In this document: piece by piece, positions 50,559-61,403 of the stretch | Layout: every line of letters starts with the position of its first letter | How positions within the stretch are numbered: position 1 is the stretch's first letter | Assembly: GCA_039698055.1 (NCBI GenBank) | Contig: JBDKTL010000027.1 | Location: forward strand, 1-64,000 | Length of the DNA stretch: 64,000 nt | Source: Methanoregula sp. | Lineage (GTDB): Archaea > Halobacteriota > Methanomicrobia > Methanomicrobiales > Methanospirillaceae | Direction: 5' to 3' | Program-made: the position numbers and the translations under genes | Notes under the pieces: model-generated | The model's input: the letters and a program-made list of their open reading frames with translations, nothing else | The model's database searches: none | What the model was told of the DNA's origin: nothing

Positions 50559-51059
50559 ATGTCGGCTGAGACATTCACCACCGCCATGTTCCTGATTACT
50601 GCGGTTATAGCGGCAGGTGTTTTGATAAACGCAGTACTTCCGGTTATCTATACCGCGGCAGGGAGTTTCTCTGAATCCTCACACGAATCTGACCTCCGGC
50701 TCCGGACGGATTTCAAGATTGTCACCGCCGTTGTCAATAACAGTTATGTTGCCCGTATCTGGATGAAAAATACCGGAAGTGAACGAATACCGATAACCGA
50801 TATCGAACGTTCCGATGTGATTTGTGGAGACGCCGGAGATTTCGGACGACTGTCCCTTACTGCCGTAACGCCACTGCCTGCCGGTACATGGAGCTACACA
50901 TTAAGCGATCTCAATCGCAATTCCAACTGGGATTCCGGCGAAACCCTGGAAATTGATGCAAAAACCCCGACGATCACAGGAAAACCGATTGGCACTCCGG
51001 TCTATTTCCAGTTTGTGTTGCCAAACGGCATCTGGAGATCAACGGATTTCACCGTGTGA
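50559..51059 (+). CDS. flaG: Archaellum protein FlaG
   Basis: ETFTTAMFLITAVIAA, WMKNTG and WDSGETL; operon position. Confidence 0.82.
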   Translation: MSAETFTTAMFLITAVIAAGVLINAVLPVIYTAAGSFSESSHESDLRLRTDFKIVTAVVNNSYVARIWMKNTGSERIPITDIERSDVICGDAGDFGRLSLTAVTPLPAGTWSYTLSDLNRNSNWDSGETLEIDAKTPTITGKPIGTPVYFQFVLPNGIWRSTDFTV

Positions 51060-51065
51060 CACGCC

Positions 51066-51551
51066 ATGGCGGTTGCAGATCTTATCGGGGCAGCAGTTGG
51101 AGTTCTTCTCCTCGTTCTTGTCGCCTATGTACTGGTGGGGAGCACACTCTCTACCGCAGAGATTGTATCAAATGCCCAAAAAGACCTGACAGTCCAGAAT
51201 GAAGCACGGTTACACACAGATTTTAGTATCTATAACCCTACATGGAATGGAACGAACATTACCTGTTACATCAATAATACCGGAAACGAGATAATCGGGG
51301 ATTTCCAGCATATGGATATTGTGGTGAACGATGTATCTGCAAATGATTACAGCCTCTATACCTATATTAAAGATCCAGCTCCAGCCGAGGCACCCGGATA
51401 CTGGACAATTGTTGATCGGGGACGGGATGACATTCATCCATTCCTGTTGGACCCCGGTGAATCGTACCGGATTATGATCAAAACCAGCACCACGCCAACG
51501 TGGTTCCAGATCACTACCAGCAACGGGGTTTATGATTCATCATATGTCTAA
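51066..51551 (+). CDS. flaF: Archaellum protein FlaF
   Basis: N-terminal TM segment, NNTG, LDPGE and ITTSNG; operon position. Confidence 0.78.
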   Translation: MAVADLIGAAVGVLLLVLVAYVLVGSTLSTAEIVSNAQKDLTVQNEARLHTDFSIYNPTWNGTNITCYINNTGNEIIGDFQHMDIVVNDVSANDYSLYTYIKDPAPAEAPGYWTIVDRGRDDIHPFLLDPGESYRIMIKTSTTPTWFQITTSNGVYDSSYV

Positions 51552-51571
51552 CAACAGAACGTGAGAATACC

Positions 51572-52306
51572 ATGGCAGGAAACATTTCAGATCTGATGGG
51601 GGGCGAGGACCGGCAGATTATCTCAACAGGCAATAACGAGCTTGACAAGAAGATCGCCGATGGCCTGCCGATTGGCTCCCTCACCCTCATCGAAGGGGAA
51701 AACGATACCGGAAAAAGTGTCCTCACCCAGCAGATTATCTGGGGCGCAATGAAACAGGGACTTTCGGTGGACCTGTTCACCACCGAGAACACGAGCAAGA
51801 GTTTTATCAAACAGATGGAGTCCATGAGCCTTGACATATCCGAATATTTTGCATGGGGATACCTCAAAATTTTTCCTCTTCACGTCGTTGGATTTGAATG
51901 GAAAAAAGAAGAAATGGAAGGCATCCTCTTTCGGCTGATCCAGCATATCCAGAACAGCAAATCACAGGTAGTTATTGTCGATTCGCTCACCTTGTTTACC
52001 GAATATGCCCAGACCGATACCATCCTTACCTTCTTTACCAACTGCAAATCCATTGTCGATCACGGAAAGACCGTTCTTGTCACGCTTCACACCTATGCAT
52101 TTGAGGAAGACACCTTGGTAAGGATACGCTCCATCTGCGATGCCCACCTGAATATGAAAAAGGCACTCGTGGGGGACAAATATGTCATGGTCATGGAAGT
52201 GATAAAAGTCCGGGGCGCACGAAAAACAACCGGAAACCTTGTCAGTTTTGAAGTCCATCCCGGATATGGCATGAAGATCATCCCCATGAGTTTTGCGAGG
52301 ATATGA
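51572..52306 (+). CDS. flaH: Archaellum ATPase-like protein FlaH
   Basis: STGNNELD, GENDTGKS, IVDSLT and FEVHPG motifs. Confidence 0.92.
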   Translation: MAGNISDLMGGEDRQIISTGNNELDKKIADGLPIGSLTLIEGENDTGKSVLTQQIIWGAMKQGLSVDLFTTENTSKSFIKQMESMSLDISEYFAWGYLKIFPLHVVGFEWKKEEMEGILFRLIQHIQNSKSQVVIVDSLTLFTEYAQTDTILTFFTNCKSIVDHGKTVLVTLHTYAFEEDTLVRIRSICDAHLNMKKALVGDKYVMVMEVIKVRGARKTTGNLVSFEVHPGYGMKIIPMSFARI

Positions 52307-52307
52307 T

Positions 52308-54170
52308 ATGGGCTCCCTGTCGGTAGAAGTCAACCTTCCCTTTAAACCCGAACCTATCGACAACGATGTCGATTTTTACAACGATATCGAATCCAGCGCA
52401 CTGTACAAGATGCTCCCGGCAAATGCCAAGGAATATGTCAAAGCAAGCCCGCACCTCCTCGAATACCTTCATATATTCCCGGTAAATACCTACGGTATCC
52501 CGTTGTTCCTGTCAGAACTCAAAAAAGATCTCCGGACCCTTGAAGCCCCCAACCTGATCTATCCGGTCAATGATACGACGTTTGTTCACATCCTGCCGGA
52601 TCCGGACGATGTAAGAAATTACTATATCCCGATTGAACCTTCGTTCCTCCATAGCGTCAGCTCGCTTTTGCCTGCCATCGAGACCAAACTCATCGACCTG
52701 ATTGACGGGCTGGAAACCGATCCTACGACCGACAAGGAGCGTGCAGATGTCATCAAGAACATGCTGGCATCCGTCGCGGTCATCAAACCGGCAAATGTGG
52801 ATATCGCAACGCTGACAAAATCACAGGATCAGGGTTCAAAGTCAAAACTGGTCACGTTCCTGAATACAGATTTTACCGCGCAAAAGAAGATGAAAGGCGC
52901 CAAAAAAAGCAAAAATGTCCCCATAACGCCGGATGGCAAGATCATTCTCACCAACGTTGAGTACCGGGCAATCGAGTACCTGCTCGTCCGGGACAAAATC
53001 GATATGGGGGTGCTCAAACCCTTCCTTTCCGATCCCTACATCGAAGATATCTCCTGTGATGGTGTCGGCCCGATCTTTATCGAGCACAAGATTTTCAAAG
53101 GCTTAAAATCGGTCATTGAATTCAAGGTTTCAAGCGAACTCGACGAGTTTGTCATCAAAGTCGCAGAACGGATCAAGCGCCCCATCACGTACCGCAGCCC
53201 GCTTGTCGATGCCACGCTCCCGGATGGTTCGCGTATCAACATCGTGTACGGAACTGACATCAGCAGGCACGGGAGCAACTTTACGATCCGTAAAGTGAAT
53301 GAAATCCCGCTTTCGATTCTCAATATCATTGAAAGCAATGGCCTGGATTACATTGCGGCAGCGTACCTCTGGATCTGTGTCGAATACGGGATGTCGCTGT
53401 TTGTCAGCGGGGAAACTGCCAGCGGCAAGACAACCCTGCTGAATGCAATTACCACGTTCATCCCCCCCGAGAACAAGATCGTGACTATCGAAGATACTCC
53501 TGAACTCAATGTCCCGCACCGGAACTGGATCCGCGAAGTGGCGCTTGCAAAAGGCAAGGGCGAGGGGACCGGCAGCGGCGGGGAAGTCACGATGTTTGAC
53601 CTGTTAAAGGCCGCACTCCGCCAGCGCCCCAACCAGATCCTTGTCGGTGAAATACGGGGGGTGGAAGGAAGCGTCGCATTCGGCGCCATGCAGACGGGTC
53701 ACCCGGTCATGAGCACGTTCCACGCCGCATCGGTCGAAAAACTGATCCAGCGCCTGTGCGGGGACCCGATCAATATCCCGAAAACCTATGTCGATAACCT
53801 CAATCTCGTGATCATCCAGAGCGCTGTGAAACGCCCGGATGGGCAGACGGTCCGGAGAATGATCAGTGTGAATGAACTTGTCGGGTATAATGCAGAAACC
53901 GGCGGTTTTACCTTTGTCCAGATGTTTACCTGGGAACCTGTCACCGATACGTTCATCTGGACTGGCAAGGGCAGTTCGTTCCTGTTGGAGAACAAAATTG
54001 CAACCATGCTCGGTATACCTGACAGCAGGAAAGCTGAGATCTATAATGAAGTGGAGAAACGGGCAAAAATCCTCGAACGGTTACATAAAGCAGGGTACGT
54101 CAAATTCTGGGATCTTTTCCATATGATGACCAAGATCAAGAAGCAGGGTCTCCTGACCATCGGTTCCTGA
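52308..54170 (+). CDS. flaI: Archaellum motor ATPase FlaI
   Basis: GETASGKTT, IEDTPEL, ALRQRP and AMQTGH.STFHA motifs. Confidence 0.94.
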   Translation: MGSLSVEVNLPFKPEPIDNDVDFYNDIESSALYKMLPANAKEYVKASPHLLEYLHIFPVNTYGIPLFLSELKKDLRTLEAPNLIYPVNDTTFVHILPDPDDVRNYYIPIEPSFLHSVSSLLPAIETKLIDLIDGLETDPTTDKERADVIKNMLASVAVIKPANVDIATLTKSQDQGSKSKLVTFLNTDFTAQKKMKGAKKSKNVPITPDGKIILTNVEYRAIEYLLVRDKIDMGVLKPFLSDPYIEDISCDGVGPIFIEHKIFKGLKSVIEFKVSSELDEFVIKVAERIKRPITYRSPLVDATLPDGSRINIVYGTDISRHGSNFTIRKVNEIPLSILNIIESNGLDYIAAAYLWICVEYGMSLFVSGETASGKTTLLNAITTFIPPENKIVTIEDTPELNVPHRNWIREVALAKGKGEGTGSGGEVTMFDLLKAALRQRPNQILVGEIRGVEGSVAFGAMQTGHPVMSTFHAASVEKLIQRLCGDPINIPKTYVDNLNLVIIQSAVKRPDGQTVRRMISVNELVGYNAETGGFTFVQMFTWEPVTDTFIWTGKGSSFLLENKIATMLGIPDSRKAEIYNEVEKRAKILERLHKAGYVKFWDLFHMMTKIKKQGLLTIGS

Positions 54171-54171
54171 T

Positions 54172-55803
54172 ATGCCAGATCCAAAAGAGGAGACCGGAAA
54201 CGCTCCTGAAGGCAGGAAACTGCCATTTGCCTCGACTATTGAGAACCTTAAGGTCAGGTTGGCGCAGGTGACCGAAGATAAAAAGATGGGGGCCGATCTC
54301 CTCTTCCTGACCACGTACATGGCCTCTCTGGCCATCGCAAATGCCACCCGGCCGGAGATTTTTTCACTGGCATCAAAACGCAAGGAATACATTTCCGTCA
54401 GGTACATCACCAAGGTTGACACCTTTGTCAAAAAATGGAATTTCAGCTATGCCGAGGCACTCAGCATCGTCGCTGAGCGGACGAACAACGAGATCTTGAA
54501 AAGCATGCTGAACCGGTACTCGAACTCGATAGATTCCGGTGTGCCCGATGATGATTTTTTAAAAAATGAACTCGCCACCGTCCGGAGTGTCTACCGGAGC
54601 CAGCTGGAGCAGGGAATGGTCATGCTCCAGAAATGGGGCGATGCATATGTTGCAATGCTCCTGTCAGGAACGGTGATTGCCGTCATTATCATGGTCTCTG
54701 TCGTGATCTATTCTCCTGGAGATCTCCAGTCTACCCTGAACATGTCCTATGCGATCATCCTTGCAATCTGCATATTCGGGATCATGCTGATGTATACCTC
54801 AGTTCCCGACGATCCAAAAAGCCATGGCCTGACCGATCGCTGCTCAAAAGAACAGGAAACCATCCATGCAATGGAACGCATTATCGTTCCCATTTGTATC
54901 CTTGCGATTTTTCTTCTGGCAGTGCTGGGCATTTCTGCGGGCCTGATCTATGTACTCGTGGGCATTCTCCTTGCACCGTTGGGGATTATCGGGTTCATTG
55001 ACGATCATAACATCACGTTGCGGGACAACGATTTCTCAGTTTTCATCAGGAGCCTGGGTGCCGTGATGGGGGGGCAGGGCGCCACAGCGGTGCGGGCTCT
55101 GGGGACGATTGACCGCAAATCCCTGACCGCCCTTGAACCCCTTGTCAATTCTGTCTTTTCAAAAATGAATCTCGGGCTTGATGAAAAACAGACATGGAAC
55201 AAATTTATCGGTGAATCTGGATCGAATCTCATCTACAAGTACCTCAATATTTATCTTGACACCGTTGCGCTGGGAGGTCCACCCGAGCCTATCGGGACTG
55301 TGGTTGGATCATCCATGCTCGAACAGACACTTTTGCGGGAGAAAAAGGATATGCACGCAAAAAGTTTCATCGTGCTCCTTGTTCCGATGCATGTCGCAAT
55401 GATCGGCCTTTTTGTCGTACTGTACCGGATCCTCCTCGTCCTGACCACATCGGTTACAACGATGATGAACCATTTTGCTGATATGTCTGCGGCCTCAGGA
55501 GGGCAGTCTGCCGGCGTATCGGTAGGGTCCGTACTTGGGGGGGGAATGGGGATGTTTACGAATTTTCCCGAAGCTGCGATGTACACCTACGTCGTGATAA
55601 CGGTAACAATCCTGACGGTGTCCAATACCATCGCTGCCCGGCTTGTTGGGGGAGGGGATCGGTATATGTATTATTTCTATGGTTCAATATTCTGTATATT
55701 GACCGGTATAGTACTGCTGGTGACACCTTCCGTGGTGAACCTGTTCTTCAATCCGGAAGCGCTTATGAGCGGGGTTGGCAGTGCAGTAACCGGAGGTGTA
55801 TGA
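54172..55803 (+). CDS. flaJ: Archaellum platform protein FlaJ
   Basis: Polytopic membrane protein (DLLFLTTYMAS) directly after flaI. Confidence 0.92.
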   Translation: MPDPKEETGNAPEGRKLPFASTIENLKVRLAQVTEDKKMGADLLFLTTYMASLAIANATRPEIFSLASKRKEYISVRYITKVDTFVKKWNFSYAEALSIVAERTNNEILKSMLNRYSNSIDSGVPDDDFLKNELATVRSVYRSQLEQGMVMLQKWGDAYVAMLLSGTVIAVIIMVSVVIYSPGDLQSTLNMSYAIILAICIFGIMLMYTSVPDDPKSHGLTDRCSKEQETIHAMERIIVPICILAIFLLAVLGISAGLIYVLVGILLAPLGIIGFIDDHNITLRDNDFSVFIRSLGAVMGGQGATAVRALGTIDRKSLTALEPLVNSVFSKMNLGLDEKQTWNKFIGESGSNLIYKYLNIYLDTVALGGPPEPIGTVVGSSMLEQTLLREKKDMHAKSFIVLLVPMHVAMIGLFVVLYRILLVLTTSVTTMMNHFADMSAASGGQSAGVSVGSVLGGGMGMFTNFPEAAMYTYVVITVTILTVSNTIAARLVGGGDRYMYYFYGSIFCILTGIVLLVTPSVVNLFFNPEALMSGVGSAVTGGV

Positions 55804-57082
55804 AATGAAGGAAAATATCCGGCGGGTTATTCTTTTCATCATCATAGTTGCAACCGGTTCAGTTATGACCCTTGCAGATATCCCGGTAATTTTCATGGTG
55901 CCGCTGGTTATTGTTGTCGGGTTTATCCTGCTCGTCCTGCTTGGTGCAATCACCAAAGACGAGATCCGGGCAGGTCTTGCCAAACTGAAACCGGAGAACA
56001 TCAAAAAAATATCCGTTATCCAGAAACTGGATTCCATCAAATTTTTTGAAAAAAAATCAAAAAAACCTTCCGCACCAGCACCGGTAAAAGAGGCTCCGAA
56101 AAAACCGGAAAAAAAACTGGTGAAAAAACCAGAAAAATCAACAGGAATCCGGCAGCACCTGCAATCACTGTTATCTTCTGTAAAAACACTGGGAACGATC
56201 CTCAAAGAGCGCGGCAAGAGCACCAGAAAAGTCGAAGACATCGACAAGATGCTGGATAAAACGATCACGGAAAAAGTTAAAAGTTCCGCTCTTGCCGATG
56301 CCGGTGCAATGGCAGGGTCACCGGATAATGCCCGGGGAGGTGCAGGGGGTGCCCGGCAATCAGAAAAAGAAACCGACCCGTTCCTCTCTTTATCCGGAGA
56401 CGAATTTGAAACAGGACTGCTGGATTCGCTGGATGATTTGGATCTGGACACACCGGCACCAGCTGGTGCATCCCCCCTTCAGGAACTACCTGCGCCTGCG
56501 GACGGATCGGACGTTTCTAACATTATGATGAGCGATATGGACCTGCCGCCTCTTCCTGACGATCTCCCTTCAGATGCAGAAGACATTCTTAAAAGCCATG
56601 CGGAAGGTGGTGAACTGGAAGCGTTCAGTATGCCGGAAGGCGCCGATTCGATTGATGACGATTTTGGGGATCTGGAAAATATCAACATTGACGATGTTGA
56701 TCTGGGTAACGAAGAGATCGATGAAACCCCTGCGGACATCCCCGAATCCTCTGCTCCTGCCGGGCCGGCTTCAATACTTGTCCAGAACCAGGGCATGAAT
56801 TTTTCCGGGTCAGCAGGTGGAAAGGCCGGCAGTGCAGATCTGGCGGTCGATCAACATGAGATGGCGTCCTTTGCCGCGAGCTCAACCGGCGATGATGACC
56901 TGTTAAGTTCGCTCGCGAGCGAGATAAAGACGGTAAAAATCGAGAAAAACATAAGCCTGCTCCGGGATCTCAAAGATTTCAAGGCGCCGGCCTCAGATAT
57001 TGAAAATGAGCTCCAGGCCATGTCCGATAAACTCATCGACATCAAGAAAAAAATTAATCCGGGCATACCCGAAGAACCATGA
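55796..57082 (+). CDS. Membrane-anchored hypothetical protein (basic then highly acidic low-complexity regions)
   Basis: Two N-terminal TM segments, K-rich then D/E-rich; overlaps the flaJ stop. Confidence 0.75.
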   Translation: MYEMKENIRRVILFIIIVATGSVMTLADIPVIFMVPLVIVVGFILLVLLGAITKDEIRAGLAKLKPENIKKISVIQKLDSIKFFEKKSKKPSAPAPVKEAPKKPEKKLVKKPEKSTGIRQHLQSLLSSVKTLGTILKERGKSTRKVEDIDKMLDKTITEKVKSSALADAGAMAGSPDNARGGAGGARQSEKETDPFLSLSGDEFETGLLDSLDDLDLDTPAPAGASPLQELPAPADGSDVSNIMMSDMDLPPLPDDLPSDAEDILKSHAEGGELEAFSMPEGADSIDDDFGDLENINIDDVDLGNEEIDETPADIPESSAPAGPASILVQNQGMNFSGSAGGKAGSADLAVDQHEMASFAASSTGDDDLLSSLASEIKTVKIEKNISLLRDLKDFKAPASDIENELQAMSDKLIDIKKKINPGIPEEP

Positions 57083-57158
57083 AATGAAATAACCCCAATG
57101 AGCATATATCATTAAGAATATAACGGCAACCACCCGGCTCAAAAAAAAAAGAGGATAC

Positions 57159-57968
57159 ATGAAAGAAGTACCTGCCAAAGTCGAACATAATAAGGAATGG
57201 ATCGTCGTAAAAATCGGTGTCGATGAAGAGCACCTGGTACTTCCTGCGCCGATAAACCGTGAGATCACCTACAAATCAATTATCGATCTTGAGGAAAGAA
57301 AAATGGCGCTCACCATTACCATAAAAGGTGAGCAGGAACTGATCGTACGTATTGCATCGGTTGAAAAGGTGCTCCAGGTCATCAAACGATTAATCCTTGG
57401 CAGCTGCAATGCCTACCGGCTCATGGCATATTTCATGTCGCCGGCTATCCGTGGCGGGGTGATGGTCAATACCGCCCAATGGGAAAAGGGCAGCATTGTG
57501 GTTGTCCGGTCCGGTATCTGGTTTGTGAGTGCTGCAAAACAGATTTGCATCCCCTTGTCAGATGTATCGGCAATCGAGCTGACGAAACGTGATGTGCAGG
57601 GTAAACCCACCGATGTCATCAAGATCGATCATGTGGAATCCGGTGAAGTGGTGTCAAGCCTTGTCCTCTGCCCGCTTTCTACGCTTCAGATCCTCAACAA
57701 TTTCCTCAAAGATGCGACAAAAGGCATCGATATGAACGGCACGGAACTGGATGGCATCTCCCAGCAGGTGGCGATGCTCATCTATTCCGGCATGGACTCC
57801 CATGCGATCGAAAACATGCTCAATATCCCCCACAAACAACTGGATGAAATATATGACAAGATATTGAATCTGGGTCTTGCAGATGTGGTCACCATCCGGC
57901 GCGAGGTACAATTGACCACAAAAGGCGTTCGGTACATCACTGATGCCACAAAAACACAAACGAACTGA
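57159..57968 (+). CDS. cheF: Archaeal chemotaxis-motor adaptor CheF (DUF439)
   Basis: PAIRGGV..WEKG, ALYSG-like LIYSG and RREVQLT.KG motifs. Confidence 0.85.
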   Translation: MKEVPAKVEHNKEWIVVKIGVDEEHLVLPAPINREITYKSIIDLEERKMALTITIKGEQELIVRIASVEKVLQVIKRLILGSCNAYRLMAYFMSPAIRGGVMVNTAQWEKGSIVVVRSGIWFVSAAKQICIPLSDVSAIELTKRDVQGKPTDVIKIDHVESGEVVSSLVLCPLSTLQILNNFLKDATKGIDMNGTELDGISQQVAMLIYSGMDSHAIENMLNIPHKQLDEIYDKILNLGLADVVTIRREVQLTTKGVRYITDATKTQTN

Positions 57969-58035
57969 AATTTTTTCTTTTTTCATGTCAATACTGCTTT
58001 ATATCATGATCGACCAATCTCTTGAATGATACATA

Positions 58036-58401
58036 ATGGGTAAGATTCTGATCGTCGATGACACACTTTTTATGAGGACCCTTCTTAAAAATATCCTGTT
58101 TTCCGGCGGGCACACGATAGCCGGTGAGGCGGCAAACGGTGAAGAGGCCATTGCCCGGTACCAGGAATTAAAACCAGACCTGGTGACTATGGATGTTGTC
58201 ATGCCAAAAATGAATGGCATTGATGCCCTCAAAGGAATAAAACAGATTGATCCTGCCGCCAAGGTTATCATGTGCACGGCTGTCGGCCAGGAGCAGATGG
58301 TAAAACTGGCGATAAAAACCGGGGCAAAAGGGTATATCGTAAAACCATTCCAGGCACCAAAAGTCCTTGAAGAAGTTAAAAACGTGCTCGCGGCCTCATA
58401 A
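58036..58401 (+). CDS. cheY: Chemotaxis response regulator CheY
   Basis: IVDD, TMDVVMP and YIVKPF motifs. Confidence 0.92.
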   Translation: MGKILIVDDTLFMRTLLKNILFSGGHTIAGEAANGEEAIARYQELKPDLVTMDVVMPKMNGIDALKGIKQIDPAAKVIMCTAVGQEQMVKLAIKTGAKGYIVKPFQAPKVLEEVKNVLAAS

Positions 58402-58402
58402 A

Positions 58403-59449
58403 ATGATCAAAGTTCTCATTATCGATGACTCCGTATTTATGCGGACGGTGATCCGGGATATGCTGCAAAAAGATGTCCTCATTGACATAGTGGGAACGGC
58501 AACAAATGGTATTGAAGCCCTGGAGAAGATCTCCCTTCTTCATCCGGACCTTATTACGCTCGACATCGAGATGCCCCGGATGAATGGCCTTGAAGTGCTC
58601 GAAAGACTCCAGAAAATCAATCCCTGCCCAAAAATCCTGATGCTGAGTTCGCTCACCTCGAAAGGTGCGGAAATGACGATCGAAGCCATCCGGAGGGGAG
58701 CCGATGATTTCATGCTCAAGCCAAAGGATATTCCGCATCTCCGTGAGATTGGCGAAGAACTGGTCGCGAAAATTAAACATATGGTGACGCTCCCGTCCTT
58801 ATCCGCCTCGCGTTCAAGAACGGCGTTATCAACGACCCGTCCGGCAGAAAGGGTCGTTCTCATCGGGTCTTCAGCCGGAGGCCCCCCCATGCTCGATACA
58901 CTCCTTGCCGGACTGCCATCAACGCTCCCGGCAGCGGTCGTTATCACCCAGCATATGCCGCCCGGGTTTACCGCCCCGCTTGCAGCACGGTTCAACCGGA
59001 TCGCACAGATGCCGGTGAAAGAGACAGAGAACGGGGATATCCTGGAAACGGGTAAGATACTTCTTTCAAAAGCGGGAGTCCATACCATGATCAGCGCAGA
59101 TTTGTCCGCAAAAAAAATAAAAACCGGGAAAATCATCCACACAAATTCCCCCCCGGTTCACGGGGTCAGGCCTGCGGTCGATAAAACCTTCGAATCTGCG
59201 GCGAAAGTGTATGGAAATAACTGTATCTGTGTCATTTTAAGCGGCATGGGAAACGATGCCGGGGAAGGGGCGCTTGCCATCAAAAACGCCGGCGGCACCT
59301 GTATTATCTGCGACGATAAGGACTGCCTGGTGTATGGCATGGCGCGATCGGCAATCCAGAAAAATGCAGTCGACCAGGTTCTTCCTTTAAACAAGATTCC
59401 CGCGGCAATTGAACGGCTTGTCCGCCAGATGGAGGCGGCCCGTGTCTGA
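58403..59449 (+). CDS. cheB: Chemotaxis methylesterase CheB
   Basis: REC domain plus GSSAGGP, QHMP, RPAVD, SGMGNDA and VYGM. Confidence 0.94.
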   Translation: MIKVLIIDDSVFMRTVIRDMLQKDVLIDIVGTATNGIEALEKISLLHPDLITLDIEMPRMNGLEVLERLQKINPCPKILMLSSLTSKGAEMTIEAIRRGADDFMLKPKDIPHLREIGEELVAKIKHMVTLPSLSASRSRTALSTTRPAERVVLIGSSAGGPPMLDTLLAGLPSTLPAAVVITQHMPPGFTAPLAARFNRIAQMPVKETENGDILETGKILLSKAGVHTMISADLSAKKIKTGKIIHTNSPPVHGVRPAVDKTFESAAKVYGNNCICVILSGMGNDAGEGALAIKNAGGTCIICDDKDCLVYGMARSAIQKNAVDQVLPLNKIPAAIERLVRQMEAARV

Positions 59450-61394
59450 GTTTGAGCAATACCGTGGGCTGTTCGTCGCAGAATCCCGGGAAAACCATGA
59501 AAACCTGGTAAATAATCTTCTCCTGCTTGAACGGGGGAGCGACCAGAACGCGATCGACGAGATCTTCCGGTCGATCCATACCCTCAAAGGGTCTTCGGCG
59601 TCCATGGGGTATTCCGCGATGGAGCGCCTCTGCCACACGATGGAAGATGTATTCCAGCAGATCCGCAGCGGGACTGCAGAGACAACGCCGGACCTTGGGA
59701 ACCTGCTCTTTTCCTGTACTGACGTTATCGAACGGATGCTTGACGATATTGAAGCCGGGGGAGACTCGTCTGCAATAAATCCCGACGACCAGGTTACTTC
59801 CCTGAAAGGCTGGTTGCACCACCCGGACCGTTCACCTGCGCCCGCCGATGCCCCCAAAAAACCGGTACAACCGGCTGGTGCAGAGGAAACACCCCTTTCT
59901 TCCGATGCAAATACAAACCCAAAATATTCCCTGCATATCGTCGCATCCCCGGAGTGTGCAATGAAAGATGTCCGGATAATGATCGCACTCCAGAACCTGC
60001 AGGCTCTTGGTACTATTCTTTCCCAGGAGCCGTCATCGGAGGTTATCGATACCGGGCCGTTTGAGGGCACGGTCGATCTCGTCATCGCCAGTGATGCCGG
60101 CGAAGAAGCCCTGAAGACTGCAGCTTTTGGCACGGAAATTGCGACCGTGGAAATTACACCCGCCGGGCACCAGGAACCGTCGCTTGTTCCTGCACAAATT
60201 GCGCCGGAAAAAATAGTGACGGAACCGGATAAAAAACCGGTGGCAGCCCCGGATAAAACACGGGAGATCAAAAACCTCCGGGTCGATATCCACCAGCTCG
60301 ATCATATCATGAACCTTGTCGAGGACCTGGTCATCAACCGGGGCCGGCTCAAACAGATTGCCGAACAGTACAAAATCCGGGAAATGGATGACGCCATCAA
60401 CATGGTGGAGCGTTCTGTCTCCGATCTCCAGAACCTCATGATGATCATACGGATGATCCCGCTCTCGCACATCTACAACCGGCTTCCCCGGATTGTCCGC
60501 GATGTCGCCCAGTACGATCACAAAGAGGTCGAATTTGTCATGGAAGGGGGGGAGACCGAACTTGATCGGAGTGTCATGGACGGGTTGAACGATCCCCTGC
60601 TCCACCTGCTCAGGAACGCGGTCAATCATGGCATCGAATCCCCCGAAGTCCGCAAAAAAGCCGGTAAGCCAGCCAAAGGACTGGTCAGGCTCTCTGCACA
60701 CCGGGATCGCGACAATGTAATTATTGAACTCACCGATGACGGTGCAGGGATCAATGTAGAAAAGGTCAGGAAAAAAGCTGTCGAAAAAGGTCTGATCACG
60801 CAGGCAGCTGCCGATGCGCTAACACCCGATGAAGCGACCGAACTGCTGTTCGAGCCGGGTTTTTCAACCGCCGATACCGTTACCGACATCTCCGGCAGGG
60901 GTGTTGGTCTCGATGTAGTGAGGCGATCGATTGAAGCGCTCAAAGGGACGATCAAGGTTGAGAGCACGCCGGGCAAAGGAAGCCGGTTTGAGCTGCTGCT
61001 CCCGCCGACCATGGCAATTGTTGACGTGATGATCGTCCGGATCAACAACAAAAGGCTTGGCATTCCCATCAGCAGTATCGTCGAAGTGGCAAATTTTAAA
61101 AAAGACATGGTGCACCATATCGGACAGGGAGAGGCAATTCTTCTCCGGGACGAGGTGCTGCAAATATCATGGTTAAACGAGATGGTAGGACCATCGGATG
61201 CATGTGAGATCCTTATTGTAGTCCAGTACCACAAACGAAAATGCTGTATTCCTGTCGATGCGGTCGAAGGACAGCAGGAAGTTGTCGTAAAACCCCTCAG
61301 CAGTTTTGTCGGCAATGCACGCGGTGTCAGCGGTGTAACCATCCTTGGCGATGGCGATGTGGTGCCGGTACTTGATATCAACACGATGATTTAG
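59442..61394 (+). CDS. cheA: Chemotaxis histidine kinase CheA
   Basis: IFRSIHTLKG (Hpt), RNAVNHGIE, DDGAG, GFST..SGRGVGLDVV, C-terminal CheW-like domain; GTG start. Confidence 0.95.
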   Translation: MSEFEQYRGLFVAESRENHENLVNNLLLLERGSDQNAIDEIFRSIHTLKGSSASMGYSAMERLCHTMEDVFQQIRSGTAETTPDLGNLLFSCTDVIERMLDDIEAGGDSSAINPDDQVTSLKGWLHHPDRSPAPADAPKKPVQPAGAEETPLSSDANTNPKYSLHIVASPECAMKDVRIMIALQNLQALGTILSQEPSSEVIDTGPFEGTVDLVIASDAGEEALKTAAFGTEIATVEITPAGHQEPSLVPAQIAPEKIVTEPDKKPVAAPDKTREIKNLRVDIHQLDHIMNLVEDLVINRGRLKQIAEQYKIREMDDAINMVERSVSDLQNLMMIIRMIPLSHIYNRLPRIVRDVAQYDHKEVEFVMEGGETELDRSVMDGLNDPLLHLLRNAVNHGIESPEVRKKAGKPAKGLVRLSAHRDRDNVIIELTDDGAGINVEKVRKKAVEKGLITQAAADALTPDEATELLFEPGFSTADTVTDISGRGVGLDVVRRSIEALKGTIKVESTPGKGSRFELLLPPTMAIVDVMIVRINNKRLGIPISSIVEVANFKKDMVHHIGQGEAILLRDEVLQISWLNEMVGPSDACEILIVVQYHKRKCCIPVDAVEGQQEVVVKPLSSFVGNARGVSGVTILGDGDVVPVLDINTMI

Positions 61395-61403
61395 GAGAAT
61401 AAC

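Noticed and set aside
4098-61384. Long antisense or overlapping ORFs (e.g. 4098-5132, 10862-11824, 20275-21303, 36521-37390, 42904-43893, 59387-60271)
   Set aside because: They are shadows of well-supported genes on the opposite strand.
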